From a virus: DNA of 64,000 nucleotides. The position numbers and the translations under genes are program-made. The notes under the pieces are model-generated. The model was given only the letters and a program-made list of their open reading frames with translations. It ran no database searches and was not told where the DNA came from. Positions 21,793-31,170 of the stretch are shown one piece after another. Position 1 is the first letter of the stretch, and the number at the start of each line of letters is the position of its first letter. The stretch lies in the UHGV virus genome UHGV-0312702. One strand, given 5' to 3'.

Positions 21793-22149
21793 TTAAACCA
21801 TTGTAATTCCACTATGAACCTCTCTGTGGCAATTAGCGCATAGCAAAACACATTTATCAAGTTCTTTTTTAACCTTTTCCCAAGATGCACCCATAAGTTT
21901 TGATGGTGTATTCTCTTTTTCGTTTGGGTTAAGGTGATGCCATTCTAAAGCATTTTTACATTTATTATAGCCACAAATTATGCAACTATCGCCATAAAGC
22001 TTATATGCTTTCTCCCTATTGGCATCCTCTCTAAGTTTTGTCCTTAATGCACAACATTTTAGACAATTTACTCTATTACCGGCGTTACCATTCTTATGAA
22101 TGCTATGTTCAGTTAAACCATGAACTGGACATTCTTTTAAAAATCTCAT
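21793..22149 (-). CDS. HNH homing endonuclease, about 118 aa
   Basis: Cys-rich zinc-finger region plus HNH motif (EWHHLNP ... LLCANCHREVH); ORF-track start at 22227 overlaps tRNA-Pro, so the start is placed at the ATG at 22149. Confidence 0.7.
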   Translation of the reverse strand: MRFLKECPVHGLTEHSIHKNGNAGNRVNCLKCCALRTKLREDANREKAYKLYGDSCIICGYNKCKNALEWHHLNPNEKENTPSKLMGASWEKVKKELDKCVLLCANCHREVHSGITMV

Positions 22150-22166
22150 AGTAACCCCTTTAAATT

Positions 22167-22243
22167 TGGTCTCTGTTGGAGGACTTGAACCTCCGGCCTT
22201 ACCGCCCCAAACGGAACGCTCTACCAAGCTGAGCTAAACAGAG
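22167..22243 (-). tRNA. tRNA-Pro (anticodon TGG)
   Basis: Perfect acceptor CTCTGTT/AACAGAG, D-arm GCTC-AGCTTGGTA-GAGC, anticodon loop TTTGGGG, T-arm GGAGG-TTCAAGT-CCTCC. Confidence 0.75.
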
Positions 22244-22270
22244 ATAAACTTTTCAAACTCTATGTAACCA

Positions 22271-22299
22271 CTTTAACATTATTTTTTAGTGGTTGTCAA
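22271..22299 (-). promoter_or_regulatory. candidate sigma70-like promoter for the tRNA operon
   Basis: On - strand TTGACA, 17-nt spacer, TTAAAG, about 20 nt upstream of tRNA-Pro. Confidence 0.3.
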
Positions 22300-22408
22300 G
22301 AACTTTTTTAAAATATTTTTCAGTATCTTAGAAAAGCTCTCATTTCGTTTCTATGTAGAACATATTAAAGGGTATCAAACACATTGTCAATACCCTTTTT
22401 AAAACTTT

Positions 22409-23824
22409 TTACCAGATGTAACGGTCAATCATTACTGCTTTGAGCATTACGCTGATTGGGTCAAACTTCTCACCACCAAGCAGGGCTTTTAAAGTGGCTG
22501 GGGAGAACCCTGATACCATTGCTACACCGTTATCCTTAACAGACACTTCGCAAGTACCACTACGGTTTGCTAAGTACCAGAATACCAGTTGTGGCATTTC
22601 GTATCCAGCTTTTTTGTACTTACTACGAATTGCTTCAAAGTTTGTACGACCATTTGCACCATCAACCTGATTGAACTCCATATCAGAGAAGATGATAAGC
22701 TTACTTGGCATATCTTTCTGAGTCAAGTTGTTTCTCTTGCCTGTCTCAAGAATACGGTCAAAAGCTGCTTGTAAGTTGGTTGAACCATATTCAACATGAC
22801 GCATTACCTGACGGTGACGGTTTCGTAAATCACCACTCAGTTCGATGAAATGAGGGTTTGTTGAATAAACCATTAACTCGTTCTTAAAGCAACCTGTATT
22901 GCGTTCTGCTACATACAAGGCAAGTGATACACCAATATCGAGGGCAGTAATTGAGCCAAGATTCACCCAAGACATTGAGCTTGAAACATCAGTCATACAC
23001 AAGATGTTTTCACCTTCTGCCATCCAGTTTGGTAGTGCTTTCCACTGCTCATTAGCAACATCTGCATTACCATACTTGATAGATTTAATCACATCGTATG
23101 GATAAACAGCACCAGCATTAATCTTAGTCTCACCCTTTGATAAGGACTCAACGTAAGCTTTGTAGCGTTCTCCATCTTTACGGTTAAATAATTTTTGGTA
23201 ACGTGCAGCAGCAAGTGAAGGAATCTTACTGTAGTCAATCTTACCAAACTCATTAGCAGAGATTTTTTGTTCAACTGTATCAGATAGTGCAGACAGCAGT
23301 GTGCGGTACTCTTTCTCGCTCAAGTTTGCAAACTTACAGAAACGTTTTACAAACTGTTTGTGACGTGGTTTTACTCGTGGTAACCACTTAGCTGCTAAAC
23401 CTGCTGTTGCAGGGTCTAGTAAAGCTGCTTCTAAATGTTTGAAGGCATCTGTCTCAAAACGAGTACCTACAAAGATTTTGAAGTCATCAAAGCGACCAAG
23501 CTCTGCAATCTTATCCATAATGCGAAGAACCTGTGTAGGCTCTAAAACTTTATCTTCAATCGCTTGAAGTAAAACAGTTCGGAAAGCCTTACGCTCACCC
23601 ATACCTTCTCGTACATCTCGCATATGCAGTAAAATACGAACTGCAACATCAACATCCTCATGCAAAGCTTTGTAGAACAAGTCTGGTAAGATTTCTACAT
23701 TGCTACGGCTAGAACCAGCAGCTTTGTAAAAGTCTACAAGAGCAGACATTGATGAAGTATGGTTTACAGCACCATTTTCAGTTCGACCTGCATGAAGGTG
23801 CGCATGTTTAAATAATTCGCTCAT
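22409..23824 (-). CDS. rsr: Ro60/Rsr-like protein (TROVE-like N-terminal region plus vWA domain), 471 aa
   Basis: C-terminal vWA with MIDAS DxSxS (CMTDVSSSMS) followed by ...LIIFSDMEFN...; segment VYPYDVIKSIKYG ... ENILCMTDVSSSM parallels the Ro60 region preceding its vWA domain; recognition from memory, not searched. Confidence 0.65.
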   Translation of the reverse strand: MSELFKHAHLHAGRTENGAVNHTSSMSALVDFYKAAGSSRSNVEILPDLFYKALHEDVDVAVRILLHMRDVREGMGERKAFRTVLLQAIEDKVLEPTQVLRIMDKIAELGRFDDFKIFVGTRFETDAFKHLEAALLDPATAGLAAKWLPRVKPRHKQFVKRFCKFANLSEKEYRTLLSALSDTVEQKISANEFGKIDYSKIPSLAAARYQKLFNRKDGERYKAYVESLSKGETKINAGAVYPYDVIKSIKYGNADVANEQWKALPNWMAEGENILCMTDVSSSMSWVNLGSITALDIGVSLALYVAERNTGCFKNELMVYSTNPHFIELSGDLRNRHRQVMRHVEYGSTNLQAAFDRILETGKRNNLTQKDMPSKLIIFSDMEFNQVDGANGRTNFEAIRSKYKKAGYEMPQLVFWYLANRSGTCEVSVKDNGVAMVSGFSPATLKALLGGEKFDPISVMLKAVMIDRYIW

Positions 23825-23905
23825 ATTTTACTCTCTTCTCTCATTTGTTGTTTGATGTGACAGACTTTAGAGCAACTTTGTAGAGTCTGTCAACACCTTT
23901 TAAAA

Positions 23906-24277
23906 TTATTTTTTAAGAGTCGCTACAGCAGAGAACGTTGGTTTGTTATCTGTCTGAGGTTGACCACCGTTATCGGGGGTCTTCTTAGTGTCTGCTGCAA
24001 GTGCTTTCATCTCACCTGCTGAGTGAGTAAAGATAGTTTTACCAACTTCAATCATGCTCTTGATGGTTACGTCATCTGTATTTAACCCGAACTCTGCAAG
24101 CTTAGCAGCATCCCTTGTAACAATCGCTTCAAATAACTTTGCAGCAAACTCAGCAGAATTGTCAATGGTCAGTTGAGCTTTTACAAGTGAGCTTTTGTTA
24201 CGAGAGCCTTTTGGTCTTCCAGATGGGTTTCCAGATTGGCCTTTTTTAAACTGGCCTTTGTTTGTTCTGTTTTTCAT
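23906..24277 (-). CDS. hypothetical basic protein with GNPSGRPKG motif, 123 aa
   Basis: ORF; N-terminal KGQSGNPSGRPKGSRNK suggests nucleic-acid binding. Confidence 0.45.
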   Translation of the reverse strand: MKNRTNKGQFKKGQSGNPSGRPKGSRNKSSLVKAQLTIDNSAEFAAKLFEAIVTRDAAKLAEFGLNTDDVTIKSMIEVGKTIFTHSAGEMKALAADTKKTPDNGGQPQTDNKPTFSAVATLKK

Positions 24278-24525
24278 TGCTATGCCTCTTATAAGACCTC
24301 TTAAAAGGCTTTTAAGATAAAAGATAGATATCCAGAAAGATATCTGTTTAAATAGCCTTTTTAGAGGAACCTTTTAAGTTATCTTCTAAGTATTTATAAG
24401 CCTATACCTTGTCAAGCCCTTTGTCAACAACTTTTTTAACTTGCAATAGTTCTTGACTTGTTGTATGGATTACTGTACCATCTTACTTAAAGCTGTAGGT
24501 CTGCCTTGTTCTACAAAGGAGACTT

Positions 24526-24688
24526 AATGAGAAAATCAAACAACCCGAAGAAAGGTAAGAATACCAATCACTGTAAGGAATCAAAAAGGGTAGAATTAAT
24601 CTACTATTCATCCTCTGAAATTGGTCTGTACCTGTTCTTTCAAAATTACAGAAGACAAGAGGATTATCTATGTGTAGTTCCCAATTAG
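24526..24688 (+). CDS. hypothetical small basic protein, about 53 aa
   Basis: ATG at 24526 preceded by AAGGAGA; the longer ORF-track start at 24506 lacks an RBS. Confidence 0.35.
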
Positions 24689-24903
24689 AAATCGCAGATA
24701 TTATAGATTTATATCAAACTGCAAAGAGTCATGGCTATATAACCTCAATTGGAAAGAATAGTCACTATGATGCTTTGACTGGAATGTATTTCAGGGCAAT
24801 GGCTCAATCTAGTGAACAGCACTTGATGGTTTCTTCCAGTGAGTTTACTTCGTTTCTCTATTGCAGCAAAATTATAAATCGCAGGAGAACTGAAAAATGT
24901 TAA
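24670..24903 (+). CDS. hypothetical protein, 77 aa
   Basis: ORF with AAGAGGA RBS. Confidence 0.4.
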   Translation: MCSSQLEIADIIDLYQTAKSHGYITSIGKNSHYDALTGMYFRAMAQSSEQHLMVSSSEFTSFLYCSKIINRRRTEKC

Positions 24904-25487
24904 CAGTAAGTTTTAATTACAATAGTGACGGCTCTGTATCAATTAATTCACCATATGCAAATGACCTATTGAAAGAGCTAGTTAATCAGTGTGATAGAGG
25001 TCTTCACTATGTTCCAAATTCTTTTAAGCAGAAGACTATTGCTAATAACTTGATGCGCGTGACGGTTACAACATCAAACCCAAACTATGACATTGATAGT
25101 GAAAGTCCTTACTCTTTAGTGGCTCTTGGAGAATGTAGTCAATTCAAACTTGTATGTCACGACTCAGAAACATTTCTTAAGGTGTTTTCAAACCTTATTC
25201 ATAATAACAAGTATGGGTATGTTGATGGGAGTGTTAACTTCTATCCAGCGAACTATACCTGTCTATTAATTGATAATATGAGAAGTAGCAAGCAAGAACC
25301 TACAGAGATTTCATTTGATGTGAACTCTAGTCCAGACGCAGAAACAAGTAATAACTTTGATATGAGTTACGCATTATCACTTAGCAAGAAATCCGAGTTC
25401 ATTGATTATGTCAATGGATTTGGTTTTAAGTTTGACGAGAGCATGAATCTCAAAAAGCTTAAGAACCTACTTAAGACCAAAGCTTAA
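24897..25487 (+). CDS. hypothetical protein, 196 aa
   Basis: ORF in + strand block. Confidence 0.5.
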   Translation: MLTVSFNYNSDGSVSINSPYANDLLKELVNQCDRGLHYVPNSFKQKTIANNLMRVTVTTSNPNYDIDSESPYSLVALGECSQFKLVCHDSETFLKVFSNLIHNNKYGYVDGSVNFYPANYTCLLIDNMRSSKQEPTEISFDVNSSPDAETSNNFDMSYALSLSKKSEFIDYVNGFGFKFDESMNLKKLKNLLKTKA

Positions 25488-25534
25488 GTATAAACAGGGG
25501 CTAATGCCCCTTTATCTATTTATAAGGATATTTA

Positions 25535-25906
25535 ATGAAGGCTAAGAGTGCAAAAGACTTTTATTGCTTCCTACAATCCTATATTAATTCCGTGGAGAAA
25601 GGTGAGAGATATAATCTTAACGATGTTATTGCATCACCTTTAACATGGAGACTAAGTAGATGGCCTGAAGAAGATATCACACCAACTAGTGAACACCCTA
25701 CCTACAAACCAGATATTAATCTCCCAGATTCAGAAAAGTTACTATACCCAATGTTCCACATTGTTGGGCTTGGTACGTTTCTTATGGATATTCAGTATGT
25801 AATTGGTAAGGGTTATAAGGTAGAAGGTATTGTTGTTGGTGATGTATCTCCACAACATAAAGGCTATTTTAGATTAAACGCACGTTTAGAGGCTAAAAAG
25901 AAATGA
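25535..25906 (+). CDS. hypothetical protein, 123 aa; paralog of the N-terminal domain of the next gene
   Basis: Shares KAK...RY...WPE.DI...YKPD...LLY...MD.QY...LNA.L pattern with the first about 120 aa of 25903-27036. Confidence 0.55.
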   Translation: MKAKSAKDFYCFLQSYINSVEKGERYNLNDVIASPLTWRLSRWPEEDITPTSEHPTYKPDINLPDSEKLLYPMFHIVGLGTFLMDIQYVIGKGYKVEGIVVGDVSPQHKGYFRLNARLEAKKK

Positions 25907-27036
25907 TTAAAGCAAAGACTTACCCAGACTTCAAAGAGTTTGTAAAGGGCTTCGTTGCAAATGTAAAGGCTGGTAAGAGATATGATTTTAGAACATATCA
26001 AGAAGCTATTTTGCCACTTACCTATAGTTCATATTGGCCTGAAGCTGATATCGCAGAAGTTGAGAAGTTTGACTACAAACCAGACTACAAAGTACCTTTT
26101 AGTGATGATTTGCTTTACAGCATCGGTGCTCAAATGAGAACTTCTGACTTCTTCATGGATTTACAATATGCAATTGTCAATGGTAAAGATGTTGATACAG
26201 TGTATTGTGAATGGTTGGCAAGAGTTAAGCCGTTCTCAATGTTAAATGCTAAGTTGAAGGATGCTATCAAACCACCATCAATCACTCAGCAACCAACCAA
26301 TCAGACAGTTAATGAGGGCGGTACACTTACCTTAAGCATTGTTGCAGCTAATGCCACAGGGTATCAGTGGAAGAAGGGTGATGAGGATATCACTAGTGCT
26401 ACCTCTGCAACTTACACAAAACAGTCAGTTGTTCCTTCTGATGCTGGTTCATACACTTGCGTTGTGTCTGGAGAGGGTGGAACAAGTGTAACTTCAGATG
26501 CAGCAACAGTCACTGTGAATGCCTTACCAGTGATTACCAAGCAACCTTCTAACCAGACCATTAATGAAGGTGGAAACATCAGCTTAGCAGTTACTGCAAC
26601 AGGTGCAACTGGTTATCAATGGAAGAAAGATGGTTCTGACATCCCTTCAGCTACAAATGCCACATATAGCAAATCTGGTGCACTTCCAGCAGATGCTGGT
26701 TCATACACTTGCGTTGTAACAGGTGCGGGAGGTTCTGTAACTTCTAACCCTGCAACAGTTACTGTGAAAGCTCTACCAGTTATCACTCAACAACCAACCA
26801 ATCAGGAAATCACTGAAGGTGAGACCTTAACGCTGAATGTTGTGGCAACAGGTGCAACAGGTTATCAGTGGAAGAAGGGTGGGGAAAACATCCCAGATGC
26901 AACGACTGCAACTTACACCAAAGAGGGTGCAACTGCTGCTGATGCAGGAAGCTACACTTGTGTAGTTACTGGCGCAGGTGGCTCTGTAACATCTAGTGCG
27001 GCAACAGTTACAGTTAACCCAGCAGGGGAGGCATAA
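25903..27036 (+). CDS. protein with paralogous N-terminal domain and three tandem Ig-like repeats, 377 aa
   Basis: Three about 83-aa repeats each with PTNQT(V/I)NEGG ... ATGYQWKK ... AGSYTCVV(S/T)G ... ATVTV; stop overlaps the endolysin start. Confidence 0.6.
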   Translation: MIKAKTYPDFKEFVKGFVANVKAGKRYDFRTYQEAILPLTYSSYWPEADIAEVEKFDYKPDYKVPFSDDLLYSIGAQMRTSDFFMDLQYAIVNGKDVDTVYCEWLARVKPFSMLNAKLKDAIKPPSITQQPTNQTVNEGGTLTLSIVAANATGYQWKKGDEDITSATSATYTKQSVVPSDAGSYTCVVSGEGGTSVTSDAATVTVNALPVITKQPSNQTINEGGNISLAVTATGATGYQWKKDGSDIPSATNATYSKSGALPADAGSYTCVVTGAGGSVTSNPATVTVKALPVITQQPTNQEITEGETLTLNVVATGATGYQWKKGGENIPDATTATYTKEGATAADAGSYTCVVTGAGGSVTSSAATVTVNPAGEA

Positions 27037-27500
27037 TGCAACTCTCAAGAAAAGGTTTAGAAGCTATTAAGTTCTTCGAAGGTCTGAAGTTAGAGGCTTA
27101 CGAAGACTCTGCCGGAATCCCAACAATCGGGTATGGGACAATCCGTATTAACGGAAAACCTGTTAAGATGGGTATGAAAATTACTGCTGAACAAGCTGAA
27201 CAGTATCTTCTCGCGGATGTTGAGAAGTTTGTTGCAGCAGTGAACAAAGCTATCAAGGTTCCAACTACTCAGAACGAGTTCGATGCACTTGTAAGTGAAA
27301 CATACAACATTGGTATCACAGCTATGCAGGATTCCACATTTATCAAGCGCCACAACGCTGGTAATAAGGTAGGTTGTGCAGAAGCTATGCAGTGGTGGAA
27401 CAAGGTTACAGTCAAAGGTCAGAAGGTCACTTCAAACGGACTGAAAAACAGACGTAGAATGGAAGCTAACATTTATCTTGACAGTGTATATCCAAAGTAA
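27036..27500 (+). CDS. endolysin, GH24 (T4-type) lysozyme, 154 aa
   Basis: Catalytic-triad context FEGLKLEAYEDSAGIPTIGYG (Glu, Asp, Thr spacing as in T4 lysozyme). Confidence 0.8.
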   Translation: MQLSRKGLEAIKFFEGLKLEAYEDSAGIPTIGYGTIRINGKPVKMGMKITAEQAEQYLLADVEKFVAAVNKAIKVPTTQNEFDALVSETYNIGITAMQDSTFIKRHNAGNKVGCAEAMQWWNKVTVKGQKVTSNGLKNRRRMEANIYLDSVYPK

Positions 27501-27551
27501 TATCTTCATAGGCTCCTTCGGGAGCCTTTTTTATTTTCTAAGGAGAAAACT

Positions 27552-27950
27552 ATGAAACTTTGGGCTAGTGACTTTGGGACTTTTAAATACACTCGCAATG
27601 GCTCAATGGTGAGAATCATTGGCAGCCAGATTGTAGTAAATGGAGATGAGGTTTCTACAAAGTTCACTGTAGAGTTAGCTGAGCTATCACCTATTACCCG
27701 TGCTAAAGATGGGCTTTTCAGGTTCGAGATTTACAAAGTAGATGAGTATGGTCGTTTCAACCCTCTTGGAGAAAGTGGATTAGATATTATTTCTGAACAC
27801 CCATTGACAGCAGAGCAATTGTCAGGTTACTATAAAACCATCCTTGAAAGAGAGTTAGCAACCCATGAATGTGAAGCAAGATACCACATCGAACGTTGTG
27901 AAACACTCAAAGAAAAGATAAAACTAGCAGAGAGAGGTTTTTATGAATAA
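27552..27950 (+). CDS. hypothetical protein, 132 aa
   Basis: ORF. Confidence 0.45.
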   Translation: MKLWASDFGTFKYTRNGSMVRIIGSQIVVNGDEVSTKFTVELAELSPITRAKDGLFRFEIYKVDEYGRFNPLGESGLDIISEHPLTAEQLSGYYKTILERELATHECEARYHIERCETLKEKIKLAERGFYE

Positions 27951-28338
27951 TAACAGTCATATCCACGTTAAAGTTGATGTCAGTCGTTACAGCGAAAATG
28001 AAGAATTAGACCTGAAAGATGCTCTTCTCTTTGAGAAGAATGGTAACCTTCATTTGCATTTTGAAGGCACAAATACATATCTCCACAGATGCCGAGATGA
28101 TGCAGATGGTTGTCCTGTTTTTGCTTGGTATAATTTAGAGTTCCCTCTTTATGCAATCCACTACCCAGATGGTGGAGAGGACTGGACTACTCAATCAATC
28201 TTTGATGAGCTTAATGGTGTTCCAGTTGAGCAAGAAGAGCAAGAACCTGTTGAACTAACCTTTACCTTCATCAAAGAAGAGAAGGTAGGTGATTTATCTG
28301 TAACTGAAGCAATTCAAGTCTCACAGGTTATTCGTTAA
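27943..28338 (+). CDS. hypothetical protein, 131 aa
   Basis: ORF. Confidence 0.45.
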   Translation: MNNNSHIHVKVDVSRYSENEELDLKDALLFEKNGNLHLHFEGTNTYLHRCRDDADGCPVFAWYNLEFPLYAIHYPDGGEDWTTQSIFDELNGVPVEQEEQEPVELTFTFIKEEKVGDLSVTEAIQVSQVIR

Positions 28339-28631
28339 TGAGCAAAGTACAGGTTATTTTCCCTATTTGTGACTTCTCACTAGAGCGTGAACTTGACCTG
28401 TACGAAGAGATTACTGACGAAATCATCTGGTCTGTTGTAGAAGAGGCTATCAAGAAACTGTATGGTGGCCTCTTAAACCCATCAAGTAAAAAGCTCACTA
28501 CTAAGCAAGTAGCTGATACGTATACTTCATATGATGCCTACAACAAACCTTTTGAAAATACCTGCTTTGACCTTATGGTAGGTAATAATAAAGTCAACTA
28601 TTTCTTCGTCAGAGAGTTTAACGATGAGTAA
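28338..28631 (+). CDS. hypothetical protein, 97 aa
   Basis: ORF. Confidence 0.4.
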   Translation: MSKVQVIFPICDFSLERELDLYEEITDEIIWSVVEEAIKKLYGGLLNPSSKKLTTKQVADTYTSYDAYNKPFENTCFDLMVGNNKVNYFFVREFNDE

Positions 28632-28968
28632 GCTCCATGTCACAGTGTACAAAAACTTCTCAGATATCAAAGAGTCTTTGACAAATAAGCTAGATATGCA
28701 GCGTAAAAGACTCTTTTTGATGTATGACATCGACAACTACAACCATCCTAAAGAGTTTAACTACAAAGATGGTACAAAGGTCGTTGAATTTGAAGATTCT
28801 GTAACGGTGTATGTTAAACACGACTTACCAGCAAAGTACATAGGGATGTTAGAGTACTATATATTCAAACATACTGGTATGCGTGGTGAGTCTGTCAAGA
28901 TATCTTCTATAGAAGTTTTTGAGAAACCAAACACACAACTTAAAAAGTATTTAATGAGGAAACTGTAA
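28624..28968 (+). CDS. hypothetical protein, 114 aa
   Basis: ORF. Confidence 0.4.
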   Translation: MSKLHVTVYKNFSDIKESLTNKLDMQRKRLFLMYDIDNYNHPKEFNYKDGTKVVEFEDSVTVYVKHDLPAKYIGMLEYYIFKHTGMRGESVKISSIEVFEKPNTQLKKYLMRKL

Positions 28969-29549
28969 TGCCCGAAGAGCAACAAAGTATCACTCCACAA
29001 GTGACATTAGTACAACATTTTGGAAACATTGAAGGGTGTATTGCACTTTTTCAACCAAACATCAATTCTCCTGCAAAAGTCTGTAAGTTGACTATGAATG
29101 TCAACAATATCAGTGTTTGTCTTGTTGATGAAGTCCAATACTTCAAATTCAATGACAGAGAGGTTGATGCTGCACTATTGAAGTATCGAGCAAGCCTCGA
29201 AAAAGACATTGACCATAAAGAGCTTGTAACACTGTTTGGTGACCTACACAAGCTTCTTGAAAAGGTTATGAAGCGTACATACTACATGAACAACGGTTCA
29301 ATTATCACAACTTTGATTTCACCATGTATCTCAGAACCTATCCTGACTGATGACGGTGGGTATTACGTGGTAGCATCAGCAGATTCTGACTGGTGGATGA
29401 AAAATACAGCACTGAAGACGGTTATTGAGGCTATTCGTGAACACATACCTTCATTCAGCCCGTGGAAAGGTAAAGGTGACGAATTTATCGCACTTTTGAG
29501 TGAAGAGAGCAACAAACGCAGTGCATTACTGCCTAAAAAATACTCTTGA
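28968..29549 (+). CDS. hypothetical protein, 193 aa
   Basis: ORF. Confidence 0.45.
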   Translation: MPEEQQSITPQVTLVQHFGNIEGCIALFQPNINSPAKVCKLTMNVNNISVCLVDEVQYFKFNDREVDAALLKYRASLEKDIDHKELVTLFGDLHKLLEKVMKRTYYMNNGSIITTLISPCISEPILTDDGGYYVVASADSDWWMKNTALKTVIEAIREHIPSFSPWKGKGDEFIALLSEESNKRSALLPKKYS

Positions 29550-29632
29550 CCGAGTATACAGTACTGATTATGATGGGAGCTATCGAGAGGTAGTTCCCTT
29601 TTTAGTTTCTAGAGAAACGTTACGGTGAAAGA

Positions 29633-29851
29633 ATGAAAAAACTAACTACAGTTGAAGATTACTACAAACTGTCTTTATTAGAACAGTATCGTAGAAGCCA
29701 GAACATAAGAAAGTGCTACGGTAAACACGCTGAAGGTGACTTCTACCATTGCTACGATGCAGATTTAAAAGGTGTAACACCTAGAGGAAAAGTCCTACAA
29801 AGACTTGTTGACCTTGAGTGGAACAAACGATTGAGAGGGATTGGAAAATGA
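29633..29851 (+). CDS. hypothetical protein, 72 aa
   Basis: ORF. Confidence 0.35.
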   Translation: MKKLTTVEDYYKLSLLEQYRRSQNIRKCYGKHAEGDFYHCYDADLKGVTPRGKVLQRLVDLEWNKRLRGIGK

Positions 29852-30351
29852 TTTATGAAGAAAGATACAAAATAGACTATCAAGATACTCGTCATCACAC
29901 CTCTTTGAGAGTAACCAAACCAAATGGGGATACCGGTATCATAGCACACTTTGGTGGTGATTATTGGTACGGTACAGGTTGCTTTGAAGGCTACACTCAA
30001 GAATACTTGAAAGCTTTCTACAGAGACTTTACAAATGACTACAACAGAGTTGTTGAAGAGAAGAATAAGTGCATTAAGCATGAATACCATGCCAGAGGTT
30101 GTCTGAATATTGCTATGATACTGGTTTTCTTCTTAGCAACATTACTAGCCGTATCAGCAATCAGCTACATAGCTCAAGACTTGACCATTACACAGATTAC
30201 CGCAAAGGTATATGATGTTTGGTACTTGTATGCTGTTCCTTTAGCTGGTATCATCATCTCACTACTAAGATTCAGAGTTCATAAGAAACGACTTAAGGAC
30301 TCGGAGATTAAACTTGAAGAGGTAAGTAAAGAATGCAACCTACAATTATAG
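29818..30351 (+). CDS. hypothetical membrane protein, 177 aa
   Basis: ORF with two C-terminal hydrophobic segments. Confidence 0.45.
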   Translation: MEQTIERDWKMIYEERYKIDYQDTRHHTSLRVTKPNGDTGIIAHFGGDYWYGTGCFEGYTQEYLKAFYRDFTNDYNRVVEEKNKCIKHEYHARGCLNIAMILVFFLATLLAVSAISYIAQDLTITQITAKVYDVWYLYAVPLAGIIISLLRFRVHKKRLKDSEIKLEEVSKECNLQL

Positions 30352-30427
30352 CTGTATGTGTTCGTTTTGCAATCGCTGAAATGATTAACAAGGCAATCTT
30401 AAAAGATGCCTATGGAGAGACTAAGTA

Positions 30428-30652
30428 ATGATTAAGACACCTGTACCAATTTTTGGATTTCCTTCTATTGAAGAGTTCAAAGTTTATCTTGACAAAAACT
30501 TCTACAATGAGCAGCCTGTTACTTTGCTGAAGAGTGACCTATCAGAGCTTCTTGATATGGTTATCAAGGCAACTTCTGAGAAGGAACCTGAGCAGAAAGC
30601 TGAGAAGAAGACTAGTAAGAAATCCGATAAGAAGACTGAAAAGTCTGAGTAG
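30428..30652 (+). CDS. hypothetical protein with lysine-rich tail, 74 aa
   Basis: ORF. Confidence 0.4.
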   Translation: MIKTPVPIFGFPSIEEFKVYLDKNFYNEQPVTLLKSDLSELLDMVIKATSEKEPEQKAEKKTSKKSDKKTEKSE

Positions 30653-30705
30653 TAGCTTGAGGGGTTATTTGATAGCCCCTTTATAGAAACTTAGAAGGTA
30701 GCGAA

Positions 30706-31170
30706 ATGAAAGTTAAAGTAGTAGTTCAAAAAGCAATGCTTAACAACTCAACTAAAGATAAAATGTACAAAGAGATTTGTGATAAGTTGAATTGTTCAAG
30801 ACATGCTGCTAAGGCTCTTGTACATTGCTTTATCTTGGAATGCTCAGAAGCTTATATGAAACATGTAGCTTTTGAAAGTTCTAGCTTACTAGGTGATGTA
30901 GAAGTTGGTGAGAAGCTAAAAGAGCCTGAGATGAAAACAGTTCCTAAAGTTGGTAATGTATACCGCCTTAAAGACTTCAAGACTGGAGAGGTTGTTGCAA
31001 AAGGTGTAGTAGAATCTGTTTATCATGACGGTAAATACCTATTTAAGATATTTGAGTGTGATAGCATCTATTTACATTTGTTTGGGCTTACATTCTTAGT
31101 AACAGAAGAAGACCTCATTAAGAACAACGGCAACAAGTTTGCAGTTCCAGCTTACCAAGTTTTACGATAA
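30706..31170 (+). CDS. hypothetical protein, 154 aa
   Basis: ORF with AGAAGG RBS. Confidence 0.45.
   Translation: MKVKVVVQKAMLNNSTKDKMYKEICDKLNCSRHAAKALVHCFILECSEAYMKHVAFESSSLLGDVEVGEKLKEPEMKTVPKVGNVYRLKDFKTGEVVAKGVVESVYHDGKYLFKIFECDSIYLHLFGLTFLVTEEDLIKNNGNKFAVPAYQVLR

Noticed and set aside
22150-22227. N-terminal extension of the HNH ORF
   Set aside because: Overlaps tRNA-Pro (22167-22243); the CDS was started at the ATG at 22149.
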